Under the pieces are notes generated by a model. It was not told the DNA's origin, searched no databases, and saw nothing but the letters and a program-made list of their open reading frames with translations. Below, one piece after another: positions 55,389 through 63,987 of a stretch of DNA of 64,000 bases (position 1 is the stretch's first letter; every line of letters begins with the position of its first letter). The position numbers were made by a program, and so were the translations under genes. The stretch comes from Patescibacteria group bacterium (GTDB taxonomy: Bacteria > Patescibacteriota > UBA1384 > UBA12157 > JAENIV01): the NCBI GenBank assembly GCA_023485405.1, contig JAMCZU010000032.1, positions 400 to 64,399 on the forward strand. Direction: 5' to 3'.

Positions 55389-57236
55389 TTACAACTCTTC
55401 GGCTTCTTTGGGCGGCTGGGCTAAAGGTTTTAATTCTTCTTTGTTTTTGGGCACTTGGGCCTCAAGATCTTGGATCTCTTTTTGCACTTTAGCCTCGGGC
55501 AAAGAAAAAGTAAAAGTCGAACCTTTGCCTTGACCTTCGCTGTCAGCCCAGACCCGACCATGATGAAGCTCAACTAAGGCTCGGGTAATATAGAGTCCTA
55601 AACCAGTGCCCTGCGATTCGGCGGTGGTGTAATCGCCCACTCGATGAAATTTCTTAAATAATTTCGGCAATTCTTCTTTAGGAATACCAATGCCTTGATC
55701 TTTAACATGAATTAAAATTTGCCGTGGACCTACCAATCGCTTTAGCCGCTCATCCACCGCCGATTTAATCGCCTCTTGATCATCTAATGGCCCGTCCTTA
55801 ATCATTCCTTCAATTTTACTCCAAGTTGCTTGGACTTGCTCCGTTGGCACGGTTTCGATAAGGAGCTGAATTTCGCCCGGCTCTTTGGAATATTTAATCG
55901 AGTTACCAATTAAATTCACCAAAATTTCCTTGATTTTATCGGAATCGCCAAAAGTTTCCCAATGATTGGCATTTTGAAAAACAATTTTTTGCTTTCTTTC
56001 CTCGGCCTTGAATTTTAATTCATCAATGGTTTGTTCAATGACGCCCGTCAGACTGACTTCTTTCTTTTCAACCAAGAGTCTTCCTTCTTCGATGCGAGAG
56101 ACATTTAACATATCTGTGACGAGCCTGGCCAAGCGCTTGGCCGAAGCATAAACCCGATCCATATAATGAATGGCCTTGGGATCATCAATTCTCGCCAATT
56201 TTTCATCCAGCATCATTGAAAGATAACCTTCGATCGCTGAAACAGGTGTTAATAATTCATGGCTCGCCAAGGATACAAATTCGGTTTTCATCTTGTCGAG
56301 TTCCTTGAGATGTTCGTTGGCATGAGCCAATTGTTCAGCTGTTTCTTCTAGTTGCTTGCGAAATTCAATTTCTCGCTTAACAGACTTAATTAGAAGATAG
56401 CCGCCATAACAAACTATTGTTAAAATAATGAAATCAATAAATCTTTCTTCGATAGTTTCCGAAAAAATAAGTTGAGCTAAAAGCGCTAGCACGACAACCC
56501 CTAAAGCTGTTTCGGTTAAAATAACTTTAATATCAAAAAGCTCGTACTTAATAATTGCATATGCCGTAAAACTTACTAAAATAACTGATGAAACATAGCC
56601 AAAGTTACTTAAAAACTCAAATGTTGTTCCAAAAAATGCAGGTAATATAACATCTGTAACAATTATTACTGAACTAGAAATTATTGCTCCAGCAAATAAC
56701 CACTTTATTTTTTTCTTGGATTCTTCGTTAGATTTTTTATAATTGATTAAAATTAACGAGATAAAAATAATTAGATTAATAAGAATACCTATTAAAAATA
56801 CTGGTAACAATTGTCCGTACTCAAAGGTAAGTATATTATTTTGAAAATAAATTCTTCCAATAAAACTTGGACTCAAGGCAATTATCGAAATAAATATTGA
56901 GATTAATAAACAAAAAACATCAACAAATTTCATAATTTTTATATTTTCTGAGATTTTTTGAGGAAAATAAATAATAAAATGTACTAACAAATAAAGTACA
57001 AGAGCACCTAAGGTATACGTTAGTCTTGCCCAAAGTAAATTTAAATTATATGTTTGGTTAATTAATGTTAAAAGATTTACAGCTTGCCAAACCGCAATAG
57101 AAAAAGCTAGATATGAAAAGTTAAGAGAATTATTTTTCTTCCATCCTTCATTAGTAACTAGAGTTATAAAACCTAAAAATAAGGTTAAACAAATTATTAT
57201 AATTAGAAAAGAAAGTAATGTATTACTCAAATCCAT
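55389..57236 (-). CDS. multi-TM sensor histidine kinase; last 14 codons (55389-55432) are punctuation-repeat copy M5
   Basis: ~8 TM helices, HisKA H-box LASHELLTPVSAIEGY, HATPase_c G-boxes; C-terminal KPLAQPPKEAEEL identical to mini-ORF M4. Confidence 0.85.
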   Translation of the reverse strand: MDLSNTLLSFLIIIICLTLFLGFITLVTNEGWKKNNSLNFSYLAFSIAVWQAVNLLTLINQTYNLNLLWARLTYTLGALVLYLLVHFIIYFPQKISENIKIMKFVDVFCLLISIFISIIALSPSFIGRIYFQNNILTFEYGQLLPVFLIGILINLIIFISLILINYKKSNEESKKKIKWLFAGAIISSSVIIVTDVILPAFFGTTFEFLSNFGYVSSVILVSFTAYAIIKYELFDIKVILTETALGVVVLALLAQLIFSETIEERFIDFIILTIVCYGGYLLIKSVKREIEFRKQLEETAEQLAHANEHLKELDKMKTEFVSLASHELLTPVSAIEGYLSMMLDEKLARIDDPKAIHYMDRVYASAKRLARLVTDMLNVSRIEEGRLLVEKKEVSLTGVIEQTIDELKFKAEERKQKIVFQNANHWETFGDSDKIKEILVNLIGNSIKYSKEPGEIQLLIETVPTEQVQATWSKIEGMIKDGPLDDQEAIKSAVDERLKRLVGPRQILIHVKDQGIGIPKEELPKLFKKFHRVGDYTTAESQGTGLGLYITRALVELHHGRVWADSEGQGKGSTFTFSLPEAKVQKEIQDLEAQVPKNKEELKPLAQPPKEAEEL

Positions 57237-57398
57237 ATAATTCTCCTGTTAACTTTATTATACCATCATAATTACAATTTTATTACTATCAAGTAGTCTT
57301 TGTTGCAAAAACATTTTTATAACAGGAAATGAAAAGTCTTGACAGGAAACGATATTATATGTTCTACTATATTTAAAAGGCAAAAGGAGGTGGTCAAA

Positions 57399-57518
57399 TT
57401 GGATAGCAACACCTGCCCTTCGTGTCAATCAAGAATAAGCTCACACTGTAAAGTATGCCCATATTGTGGGCATATAATCAAAAAAGAAGACGATCACGAG
57501 TACAAACCACCAGACTGA
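57399..57518 (+). CDS. 39-aa Cys-rich zinc-ribbon-like peptide (TTG start, strong SD); alternative precursor candidate
   Basis: SD aaggagg 8 nt upstream; LDSNTCPSCQSRISSHCKVCPYCGHIIKKEDDHEYKPPD with CPxC…CPYCG knuckles. Confidence 0.4.
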   Translation: MDSNTCPSCQSRISSHCKVCPYCGHIIKKEDDHEYKPPD

Positions 57519-57596
57519 AGTTTTTCACTATCATAATTGCATTTTAACTCTCAACTATGAGTTGGGAGTTATTTTTAACATTTTATATGCGAGAAC

Positions 57597-57625
57597 TTGA
57601 CAACTAATTGAGACGAGTCCATAAT
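57597..57625 (+). promoter_or_regulatory. sigma70-like promoter TTGACA-17-CATAAT driving the short peptide gene and the rSAM gene
   Basis: ttgaca 57597-57602; cataat 57620-57625; two small hairpins in the ~90-nt leader. Confidence 0.4.
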
Positions 57626-57716
57626 ACAAACTAAAGCTAATGGATTTTGGCAATCCGTTAGTAGTTCGATCCTCTGTATCGAGGATAGCACTTTCACAAA
57701 GAAAGGAGTGACAAAC

Positions 57717-57830
57717 ATGAAACGAAAGAAAAAACTTGTCTCTGCTGCGTTGACCAAGAAAGATTGCACTCTCCGACTCACTCAGGCCTTGAATTCAGGC
57801 AGTCAAGGCCCAGACACCAGTAGAACATAG
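57717..57830 (+). CDS. 37-aa peptide MKRKKKLVSAALTKKDCTLRLTQALNSGSQGPDTSRT, candidate RiPP precursor
   Basis: SD aaaggagtg 7 nt before the ATG; absent from the track because <60 aa; immediately upstream of the PqqD-rSAM-SPASM gene. Confidence 0.4.
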   Translation: MKRKKKLVSAALTKKDCTLRLTQALNSGSQGPDTSRT

Positions 57831-57852
57831 ACAGGCAACAGAAAACGGTACC

Positions 57853-57882
57853 GATCAAGGCCTTGATCTTTTGGTCAAGGCC
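57853..57882 (+). promoter_or_regulatory. 16-bp perfect palindrome gatcaaggccttgatc plus tttt and a further tcaaggcc half-site, between the peptide gene and the rSAM gene (attenuator/operator candidate)
   Basis: four tcaaggcc/ggccttga half-sites within 57783-57882. Confidence 0.4.
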
Positions 57883-57911
57883 TAATACTTTTACAGGAGG
57901 GAAGCAGGAAA

Positions 57912-59300
57912 ATGGATGGTTATATAGCTTTGGAGGATAATTTCACATTACGCAGTTCGGAATCTGAGAAAACATTGCTAGATCTACAAACTGGCGAAAA
58001 GTATGTTATTGCCAACGATCAATTCGAGTTTCTTGCAGCATGCGATGGTTCTAAAAAGCTAGCAGAAATAAGTTCAGAATATAACAAAGCTTCACGCAAG
58101 GTGATAGCAAACCTTATCAGTAATCTGAATACTATCGAAGCTATTAAATTCTCGGATTCACCACACCAAAGAATCCTGCCTATTCATACCGTAGACGAGC
58201 CGAGATTGATGGGAGTTCAACTCGAAGCAACTAGTCGATGTAATATGAAATGCGTACATTGTCATCAAGGCGATTTTTATAGTCATTTTCAAGACTTAAG
58301 TCTTGCAGAAATTGAACGTTTGGTTGATGAAATGCAAGACCTACAAGTCGAGAATGTTAGCCTTAGTGGTGGAGAACCTCTTTTTAGCAATCTTACATTT
58401 GATATTGCGAATCTCATCGAGCAAAAGGACATTCGTATTTCATCCATTTTTACAAATGGATGGCTTATCGATGATGATGTTATTAAAAAAATTTTATCAT
58501 GGCGCAGTAGGGTTACGGTTTTTGTTAGTTTAGATGCTATTACCACTGAAGGAATGCGATTCCGCGGTTTTAAGCCAAATCAAGGTGCAAGAATATTAAA
58601 GATAATTCTAAATAATATTTTTGCACTCAGAAAAGCTGCTATTCCAGTCATTGTTAACACAGTAATGACGCCATACAATATTTTCCACCTTGATGAAATG
58701 TATGAATTTATGAGAAAAATTGATGTTACTAGCTGGAGGCTTGGTTTTCCTAAACGCGCAGGGTCTTTTAAGCAAAACTACCAACAATATGAGCTTAAAT
58801 GGGAAGATATGTCGTCGGCAGCACTTCGTTTGATAAAAACACATCTCCGATTAGAAAGGCCTTTCGATCTGCAAGTAGAATTTCTCTATCGGGAAAGATT
58901 ATTCAAAAACTTCCAACTACTTGTTGATGAAGACTTTATTTGCAACTACGAAGAAAGACGTGAGAGTTGCTGCATAAAATCAAACGGCAACGTTGTTTCT
59001 TGTTCTTACTGTAATGATATGCCAGTAGGTAATATCCGCAAGCAGTCATTGAGGACAATTTGGTATTCACCTCAAATGCAGTCAATCAAAAATTTACAAA
59101 TCAGAGACATTGGAGAATGTTGCGATTGTGAGTTAAGAATATTGTGTGCGACTGGCTGCAGAGCCAACGCTTATTTCCTTAATCATGAATTTCTAAATAG
59201 CAAAGATGAACAAGCATGCAGATCGGTAAAGTTTTTCATTGAAAGTCTATTGCCAGTCTTACAGGCTGAAGGCATTTTGCCCAAAAACTGGCCCCGGTAA
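57912..59300 (+). CDS. radical SAM/SPASM peptide-modifying enzyme with N-terminal PqqD-like RRE domain
   Basis: residues ~20-90 PqqD-like (LLDLQTGEKYVIANDQFEFLAACDGSKKLAEI); CNMKCVHC CX3CX2C; C-terminal SPASM Cys pattern CSYCND…CCDCELRILCATGC. Confidence 0.85.
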   Translation: MDGYIALEDNFTLRSSESEKTLLDLQTGEKYVIANDQFEFLAACDGSKKLAEISSEYNKASRKVIANLISNLNTIEAIKFSDSPHQRILPIHTVDEPRLMGVQLEATSRCNMKCVHCHQGDFYSHFQDLSLAEIERLVDEMQDLQVENVSLSGGEPLFSNLTFDIANLIEQKDIRISSIFTNGWLIDDDVIKKILSWRSRVTVFVSLDAITTEGMRFRGFKPNQGARILKIILNNIFALRKAAIPVIVNTVMTPYNIFHLDEMYEFMRKIDVTSWRLGFPKRAGSFKQNYQQYELKWEDMSSAALRLIKTHLRLERPFDLQVEFLYRERLFKNFQLLVDEDFICNYEERRESCCIKSNGNVVSCSYCNDMPVGNIRKQSLRTIWYSPQMQSIKNLQIRDIGECCDCELRILCATGCRANAYFLNHEFLNSKDEQACRSVKFFIESLLPVLQAEGILPKNWPR

Positions 59301-59357
59301 ATCCTTCCGGGGCATTTTATTCAATAGTTAACCACAACATGACATTTATTCATAGCT

Positions 59358-60068
59358 ATGAAAAATAATATATATTCACCTTATCAAAAATTAGCTTCTT
59401 TTTATGATAAAACATATGATGGAAAATTTTATTTTAAATATGCTAATTTTATTAGTAAACTAGCAAAAAAAAATAAAATTAAAAATCCTATAGTTTTAGA
59501 TTTAGCATGTGGCACAGGCAGTTTGATCAAAGAATTGAATAAAAAGCTTAAAAATGTCGAAGGTGCTGACATTTCTACTGAAATGTTGCAAGTAGCTAAA
59601 TTGAAAAATCCGAAAAACAAATTTTATAGTCAAAGTTTTCAAGATTTACACTTGAATAAAACTTACGACATTATTACTTGTACATTTGATTCGATAAATT
59701 ATCTATTAAAAAAAGAAGATTTATATCGAACCATCAAAAACATTTCTCGACATCTTAAAAATAATGGCTTATTTATTTTTGACTTCAACACAACTAATAA
59801 AAAAATTGATTCAAAATTTATAAATAACAATATTATATTTAATAATTCGATAAACAAAAATTATTGGGATGCCAAAATTGAAATAATCGAAGATGGTAAA
59901 GCCAATATAGAAAATCACAGAGAAAGACTTTATACTTTAAAAGAAATAGAAAATGTCCTAGAAAAATATGGAATCAAAATTATCGAACTGTACTCCAATT
60001 TTAATGAACAAGTGAACGAAAAAAGTAAATCTAATAGATTATTTGTTATTGCTAAAAAAATTAAATAG
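59358..60068 (+). CDS. class I SAM-dependent methyltransferase
   Basis: motif I VLDLACGTGSL, acidic motif II; very AT-rich (~27% GC). Confidence 0.8.
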   Translation: MKNNIYSPYQKLASFYDKTYDGKFYFKYANFISKLAKKNKIKNPIVLDLACGTGSLIKELNKKLKNVEGADISTEMLQVAKLKNPKNKFYSQSFQDLHLNKTYDIITCTFDSINYLLKKEDLYRTIKNISRHLKNNGLFIFDFNTTNKKIDSKFINNNIIFNNSINKNYWDAKIEIIEDGKANIENHRERLYTLKEIENVLEKYGIKIIELYSNFNEQVNEKSKSNRLFVIAKKIK

Positions 60069-60203
60069 AAATAAAATTATTTCAAGGTTTAAATTGTTTT
60101 ATTTTTTCAAAACCAATCTTGGTTTTGTGCGATTGAGATTATCGCAAAAAGGTCCTTCACCATTTTCAAATATTTCAATTGGGCCTTACCGATCAAAAAA
60201 AAT

Positions 60204-60225
60204 AGAGCCCTTTTAAGGGGGCTCT
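60204..60225. terminator. bidirectional hairpin terminator agagccc-ttttaagg-gggctct between the convergent methyltransferase and AOS genes
   Basis: A tract before, T-rich loop; convergent gene ends on both sides. Confidence 0.45.
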
Positions 60226-60242
60226 AACATAATTGGGCCGCT

Positions 60243-61496
60243 TTAGGCCATTTTACTCAACAAATTCTGAGGGCTATGTTGCAAATACTTGCTAAAAAGC
60301 CCTTTTATCACACCGAGAAGATGATCTATATCCTCCAGATCATGTAAGGCTGTGGGGCAAAACCGCAAAACAGCTTCGCCTTTGGGAACTGCCGGATATT
60401 CAAAGGGTGGACAAAATATCCCCTTTTCCTCAAGATCATCAGCAAACTGGCGAGCGAGCAATTCATCACCAATCAGAATCGGAACGACCTGCGTAGAGCT
60501 ACTCAAGGTGTCGAATCCGATTTGTTTTAAGCCGAAACGAAGCTTATCTGCCAGAGCTAAGACCTGTTGCCTTCTCCACGGTTCTGATTGAGCTATCTCT
60601 AGCGCCTTAATGGCAGCGCCGCATTCACCCGGTGACAAAGGCATACTATGGATTTGTGGACGACTATGTCTAATATATTCGATGAACCATTTTTCACCAA
60701 CGATAAATCCACCCATAGACCCCAACGCTTTGGAGATGACCCCCATTTTAACATCCACTCGGTTTCCCACACCAGCAAGTTCACATGTTCCTCTACCTTT
60801 TTTGCCTAGAATACCAGTAGCATGAGCATCGTCAACATACACGACGGCTCCGAATACTTCAGCAATAACGCAAATATCCTCAAGGGGAGCGATACCTCCA
60901 CTGGTTGAGAATATTCCGTCGGTTACAATAAGATTCAGGTCTGTCTTATGAAGATTTAACTTATGCTCAAGGTCCTGCATATCCCCAGATCGGTAATTTA
61001 TTACCTTGACGTTCGCACCCCTGGTTAAATAGGCCGCATCTTTTGCACTGGAATGTGATAATTCGTCAATAAACACTGCTCTCGACGCACGAGTATTTTC
61101 GCCAGGACAAAGATAAGAAAGTGGCGAAGCGATTACTGCAGGTATGGTGCCATGATTTGCAGCAGAGCCCGAAGTAAAAACAACAGAATCCTCTTCCCCC
61201 ATAAATCCTGCTATTTTCCTTTCGAGTTCTTTATTGATGTCCATCTCGATTACCATACGAGACGGCAAAGCTCCACAACCATATTTACGAGCCGCTTTTG
61301 CCTCTGCCTCAATAACTCTTTCGTCACTCGCAAGACCCAAATAATCAAGTGACCCAAACTGCAAAAGTTCTTTGCCGCCCAATACAATATATGGACGAAC
61401 TGCCTGGCCTTTCGCAATCCTTCTTTCAGGATAGTAATCAGACATCTCTTTTATATTCAGCTGGGCAGCTATCACATTTTTCAATCTTTCACTCAT
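60243..61496 (-). CDS. alpha-oxoamine synthase family PLP enzyme (BioF/KBL/SPT-like)
   Basis: PLP-Lys context VISKALGSMGGF, His/Asp residues of fold type I; GC ~47%. Confidence 0.8.
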   Translation of the reverse strand: MSERLKNVIAAQLNIKEMSDYYPERRIAKGQAVRPYIVLGGKELLQFGSLDYLGLASDERVIEAEAKAARKYGCGALPSRMVIEMDINKELERKIAGFMGEEDSVVFTSGSAANHGTIPAVIASPLSYLCPGENTRASRAVFIDELSHSSAKDAAYLTRGANVKVINYRSGDMQDLEHKLNLHKTDLNLIVTDGIFSTSGGIAPLEDICVIAEVFGAVVYVDDAHATGILGKKGRGTCELAGVGNRVDVKMGVISKALGSMGGFIVGEKWFIEYIRHSRPQIHSMPLSPGECGAAIKALEIAQSEPWRRQQVLALADKLRFGLKQIGFDTLSSSTQVVPILIGDELLARQFADDLEEKGIFCPPFEYPAVPKGEAVLRFCPTALHDLEDIDHLLGVIKGLFSKYLQHSPQNLLSKMA

Positions 61497-61509
61497 CCTT
61501 CTTTACCCC

Positions 61510-61773
61510 CTATCTTCCATATTTAAGATAACCAGTCAAAGCTAAAATAGCAGCAGGCAGACTTATAGCACCAAGCATAAACACCGGCCACTCACGGATG
61601 GTAATTCCATAATTAAGCCACGCAATTTCATCTAACAAAAGAGCTACAAGAAGGGCCATTGTAAAATCCTTGGCACTTTTTGTCTTAAACATCTTGACGA
61701 CTTGCGCGTACATTCCATAAACAAGTACGATACTTGTTAAGAAAGCAAAAACGCGACTTCCGTCAGTATACAC
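61510..61773 (-). CDS. SemiSWEET/PQ-loop-like 3-TM transporter (tentative)
   Basis: 87 aa, three TM helices, W..YG motif; 14-nt gap from the upstream AOS gene. Confidence 0.4.
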   Translation of the reverse strand: MYTDGSRVFAFLTSIVLVYGMYAQVVKMFKTKSAKDFTMALLVALLLDEIAWLNYGITIREWPVFMLGAISLPAAILALTGYLKYGR

Positions 61774-62198
61774 AGGAATGTCCTCCTTTTATTTTCAAGT
61801 TTCATCCGCCCAAAACGGAATGTGTCAAATTTAGACCAAAAGTTCAATCCAATTCAGTCCAAATTTATATTAAATTTTCTCACATTTTTATCAAAATGTC
61901 AATGGGTTTGAGACCAAAATCATAAATTATTACTCTAGTAATTATACTATTTTATTGACGATAGGAAGTTTCTTTAGTAAGTTAGTTGATTTTCCATAGT
62001 TTTATTATACCGCCGAATACTGCGATATATCAAATGAATCCAATATGTTATGGATCACGACAAAAAATTAATTTATATCTGTTACAACATTAAAATAATA
62101 GCACAATAATAAAAACTCCCCGTACTCCGCTATGCTTCAGATGAGATTTCCCGTTAGAATTTAAAAAGAGGCTTGTTAACCAGGCCTCTTTTCGATCG

Positions 62199-63224
62199 TT
62201 AAAAAAGTAGTTTTTGTGCGTTTTTTGAAAAAATCCGCGCCTTAATTTCCTTGCTATCGCCGAATACATCTTCGACAGCACGTCTTAAAGCAATTACCAT
62301 TTTCAGTCCAGAATACACGAAAACCAAACTGTGATTGATATGATAGTATAATTGCTCATCAGGATCCGCCCAGTGGTAATTAAAATCGGTCGCATAACGC
62401 TGGCCCAACACAGGGTGTATAACAGGCTGAACTCTTAAAAGGTTAAATGGTTGGTCTGTTGCAAAAAGCATCCTCTCTGACCCGAAGGTCTCTAGAGCTG
62501 CACGAAATATCTTGACATCATCCACTGCCGACGTATCGACGTAGACATTTTCATATCTTGACAAGGTTTCATAAGCCGCGAGAAGGTCGTCACTATAGAT
62601 TCTGTCCGTACCCATATGAGCTAAAATCAAACACAGTTGGGGAAATCTTTGAACGACTGATTCTACATCATTTATCTGGCTACTCAAGAAAGATGGCAAG
62701 TGCATTACTAACGGCAAACCCGATTTATTCAGTTCATTGAGCATTAAATCGGGATAAGATCTTCCAAGTGTCTTGTCACCAGGTATCGGGTAAAGTTTCA
62801 CTCCGTGAAAATGGAAATGCTCCATATCCTTTTGATATAACTTCAAATCATCGGCTGTTCCTGTCCAAAAAGGAATGAAACTCTGATCATGTTCTGAAAG
62901 CTCGGCCAAGTAGTTATTGGCACTGGCAAAATCAAATCCAGGAAATGGAAAGGCAAAAGCAACCTGACGCATCACTTTATCAGAAAAAAACATTTCTCTT
63001 AACCGATAGTGAATTTCAGCATCAGCATAGAGAAAAGTACTGCCCATGTAACGATCCCAATTTTCAGAAAGCGGTCGGATACACTTCGCAGGCATTACGT
63101 GAGTATGGAAATCAAGTATTTCACTTGGAATCCAATCGAGAACCTCTTGCAAAAGGGCAATTTCTTCATTGTTGATTTTGAAACCATATTGCAGATAGGA
63201 ATCAGTTCGGTTTTTCAGGTACAT
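62199..63224 (-). CDS. amidohydrolase-2 (TIM-barrel metal-dependent hydrolase) family protein
   Basis: LDFHTHVMP metal-binding start, HMGTD, DQPF motifs; GC ~45%. Confidence 0.65.
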   Translation of the reverse strand: MYLKNRTDSYLQYGFKINNEEIALLQEVLDWIPSEILDFHTHVMPAKCIRPLSENWDRYMGSTFLYADAEIHYRLREMFFSDKVMRQVAFAFPFPGFDFASANNYLAELSEHDQSFIPFWTGTADDLKLYQKDMEHFHFHGVKLYPIPGDKTLGRSYPDLMLNELNKSGLPLVMHLPSFLSSQINDVESVVQRFPQLCLILAHMGTDRIYSDDLLAAYETLSRYENVYVDTSAVDDVKIFRAALETFGSERMLFATDQPFNLLRVQPVIHPVLGQRYATDFNYHWADPDEQLYYHINHSLVFVYSGLKMVIALRRAVEDVFGDSKEIKARIFSKNAQKLLF

Positions 63225-63320
63225 TCACATATCCCCCTTTTGAAATTACTTTATATTATAACCAGAATCGCTAGATAAGTAAAGACTAAAGGTCTCTAAG
63301 ATTTTAATAAAATAAAAAAG

Positions 63321-63347
63321 CCCCCATAGTATAAAAACCTATGGGGG
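63321..63347 (-). terminator. hairpin terminator cccccatag-tataaaaac-ctatggggg with T tract on the minus strand
   Basis: 9-bp GC-rich stem; on the minus strand followed by cttttttatttt. Confidence 0.5.
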
Positions 63348-63504
63348 GACATGGACATTGGCGTCCGTCGTAGAGTTCGACCTCTACTTGTAGCTTCCGC
63401 TAGTTGAGCATGTGTTCTTACACACTTTGATCTTTCGAATTTTCTTGATCATTCTAACCAACCCCCTTTCGTTAATTTTAGAGTATCATATTTCGCACCT
63501 TTAT

Positions 63505-63987
63505 TCAAACAGAGACCAGAACCTGAGACTCAAAAGTCCGGTAATCTACATCCGCCTGTCTGACTAATTCGCGCAACTTAAGGTTATTCTCGATAAATGT
63601 CGTGATTTCTCTTGGATCATACGACCGCAAATATAGCAATCCAATATGAATCCCAATCTTGAAGAAATCCGTGCTGTGATACTGCAATGTCGACGAAAAA
63701 ACATTGTGGTTGTAGTCGAAATCAGTTGAGCCCGCTGATCTGTCAAAACAAAAACTATCAAGAAATTCTTTCATAGTCACTTCTGTTTCTGCCTCAAAAG
63801 TGAAACCAGTTTGGAAATGTAGAGAAATGATCTTGAGATATTTCTGAATCGTCAAACCAGGGTTCATTAAGCGCAAAAGACCAGCTTTAAAATCGGCAAA
63901 GCCCTGTCCGCTCTGATCATAAAGAGTGTGATCGGAAACGTAGCCAAAACGCTCGATAGTCAGGTCGGGTCTGTTCATTATTTCCAC
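63505..63987 (-). CDS. hypothetical protein
   Basis: 160 aa, no recognizable motif; continues to the window edge region. Confidence 0.3.
   Translation of the reverse strand: MEIMNRPDLTIERFGYVSDHTLYDQSGQGFADFKAGLLRLMNPGLTIQKYLKIISLHFQTGFTFEAETEVTMKEFLDSFCFDRSAGSTDFDYNHNVFSSTLQYHSTDFFKIGIHIGLLYLRSYDPREITTFIENNLKLRELVRQADVDYRTFESQVLVSV

Noticed and set aside
57557-57607. 16-aa ORF MSWELFLTFYMRELDN between the Cys-rich peptide and the promoter
   Set aside because: No SD, overlaps the predicted -35 element, and is hydrophobic junk; not considered a precursor peptide.
57575-57781. 68-aa minus-strand ORF overlapping the 37-aa peptide gene and its promoter
   Set aside because: GTG start without SD, Phe-rich translation of the AT-rich antisense strand; the plus-strand peptide with promoter and SD is the better model.
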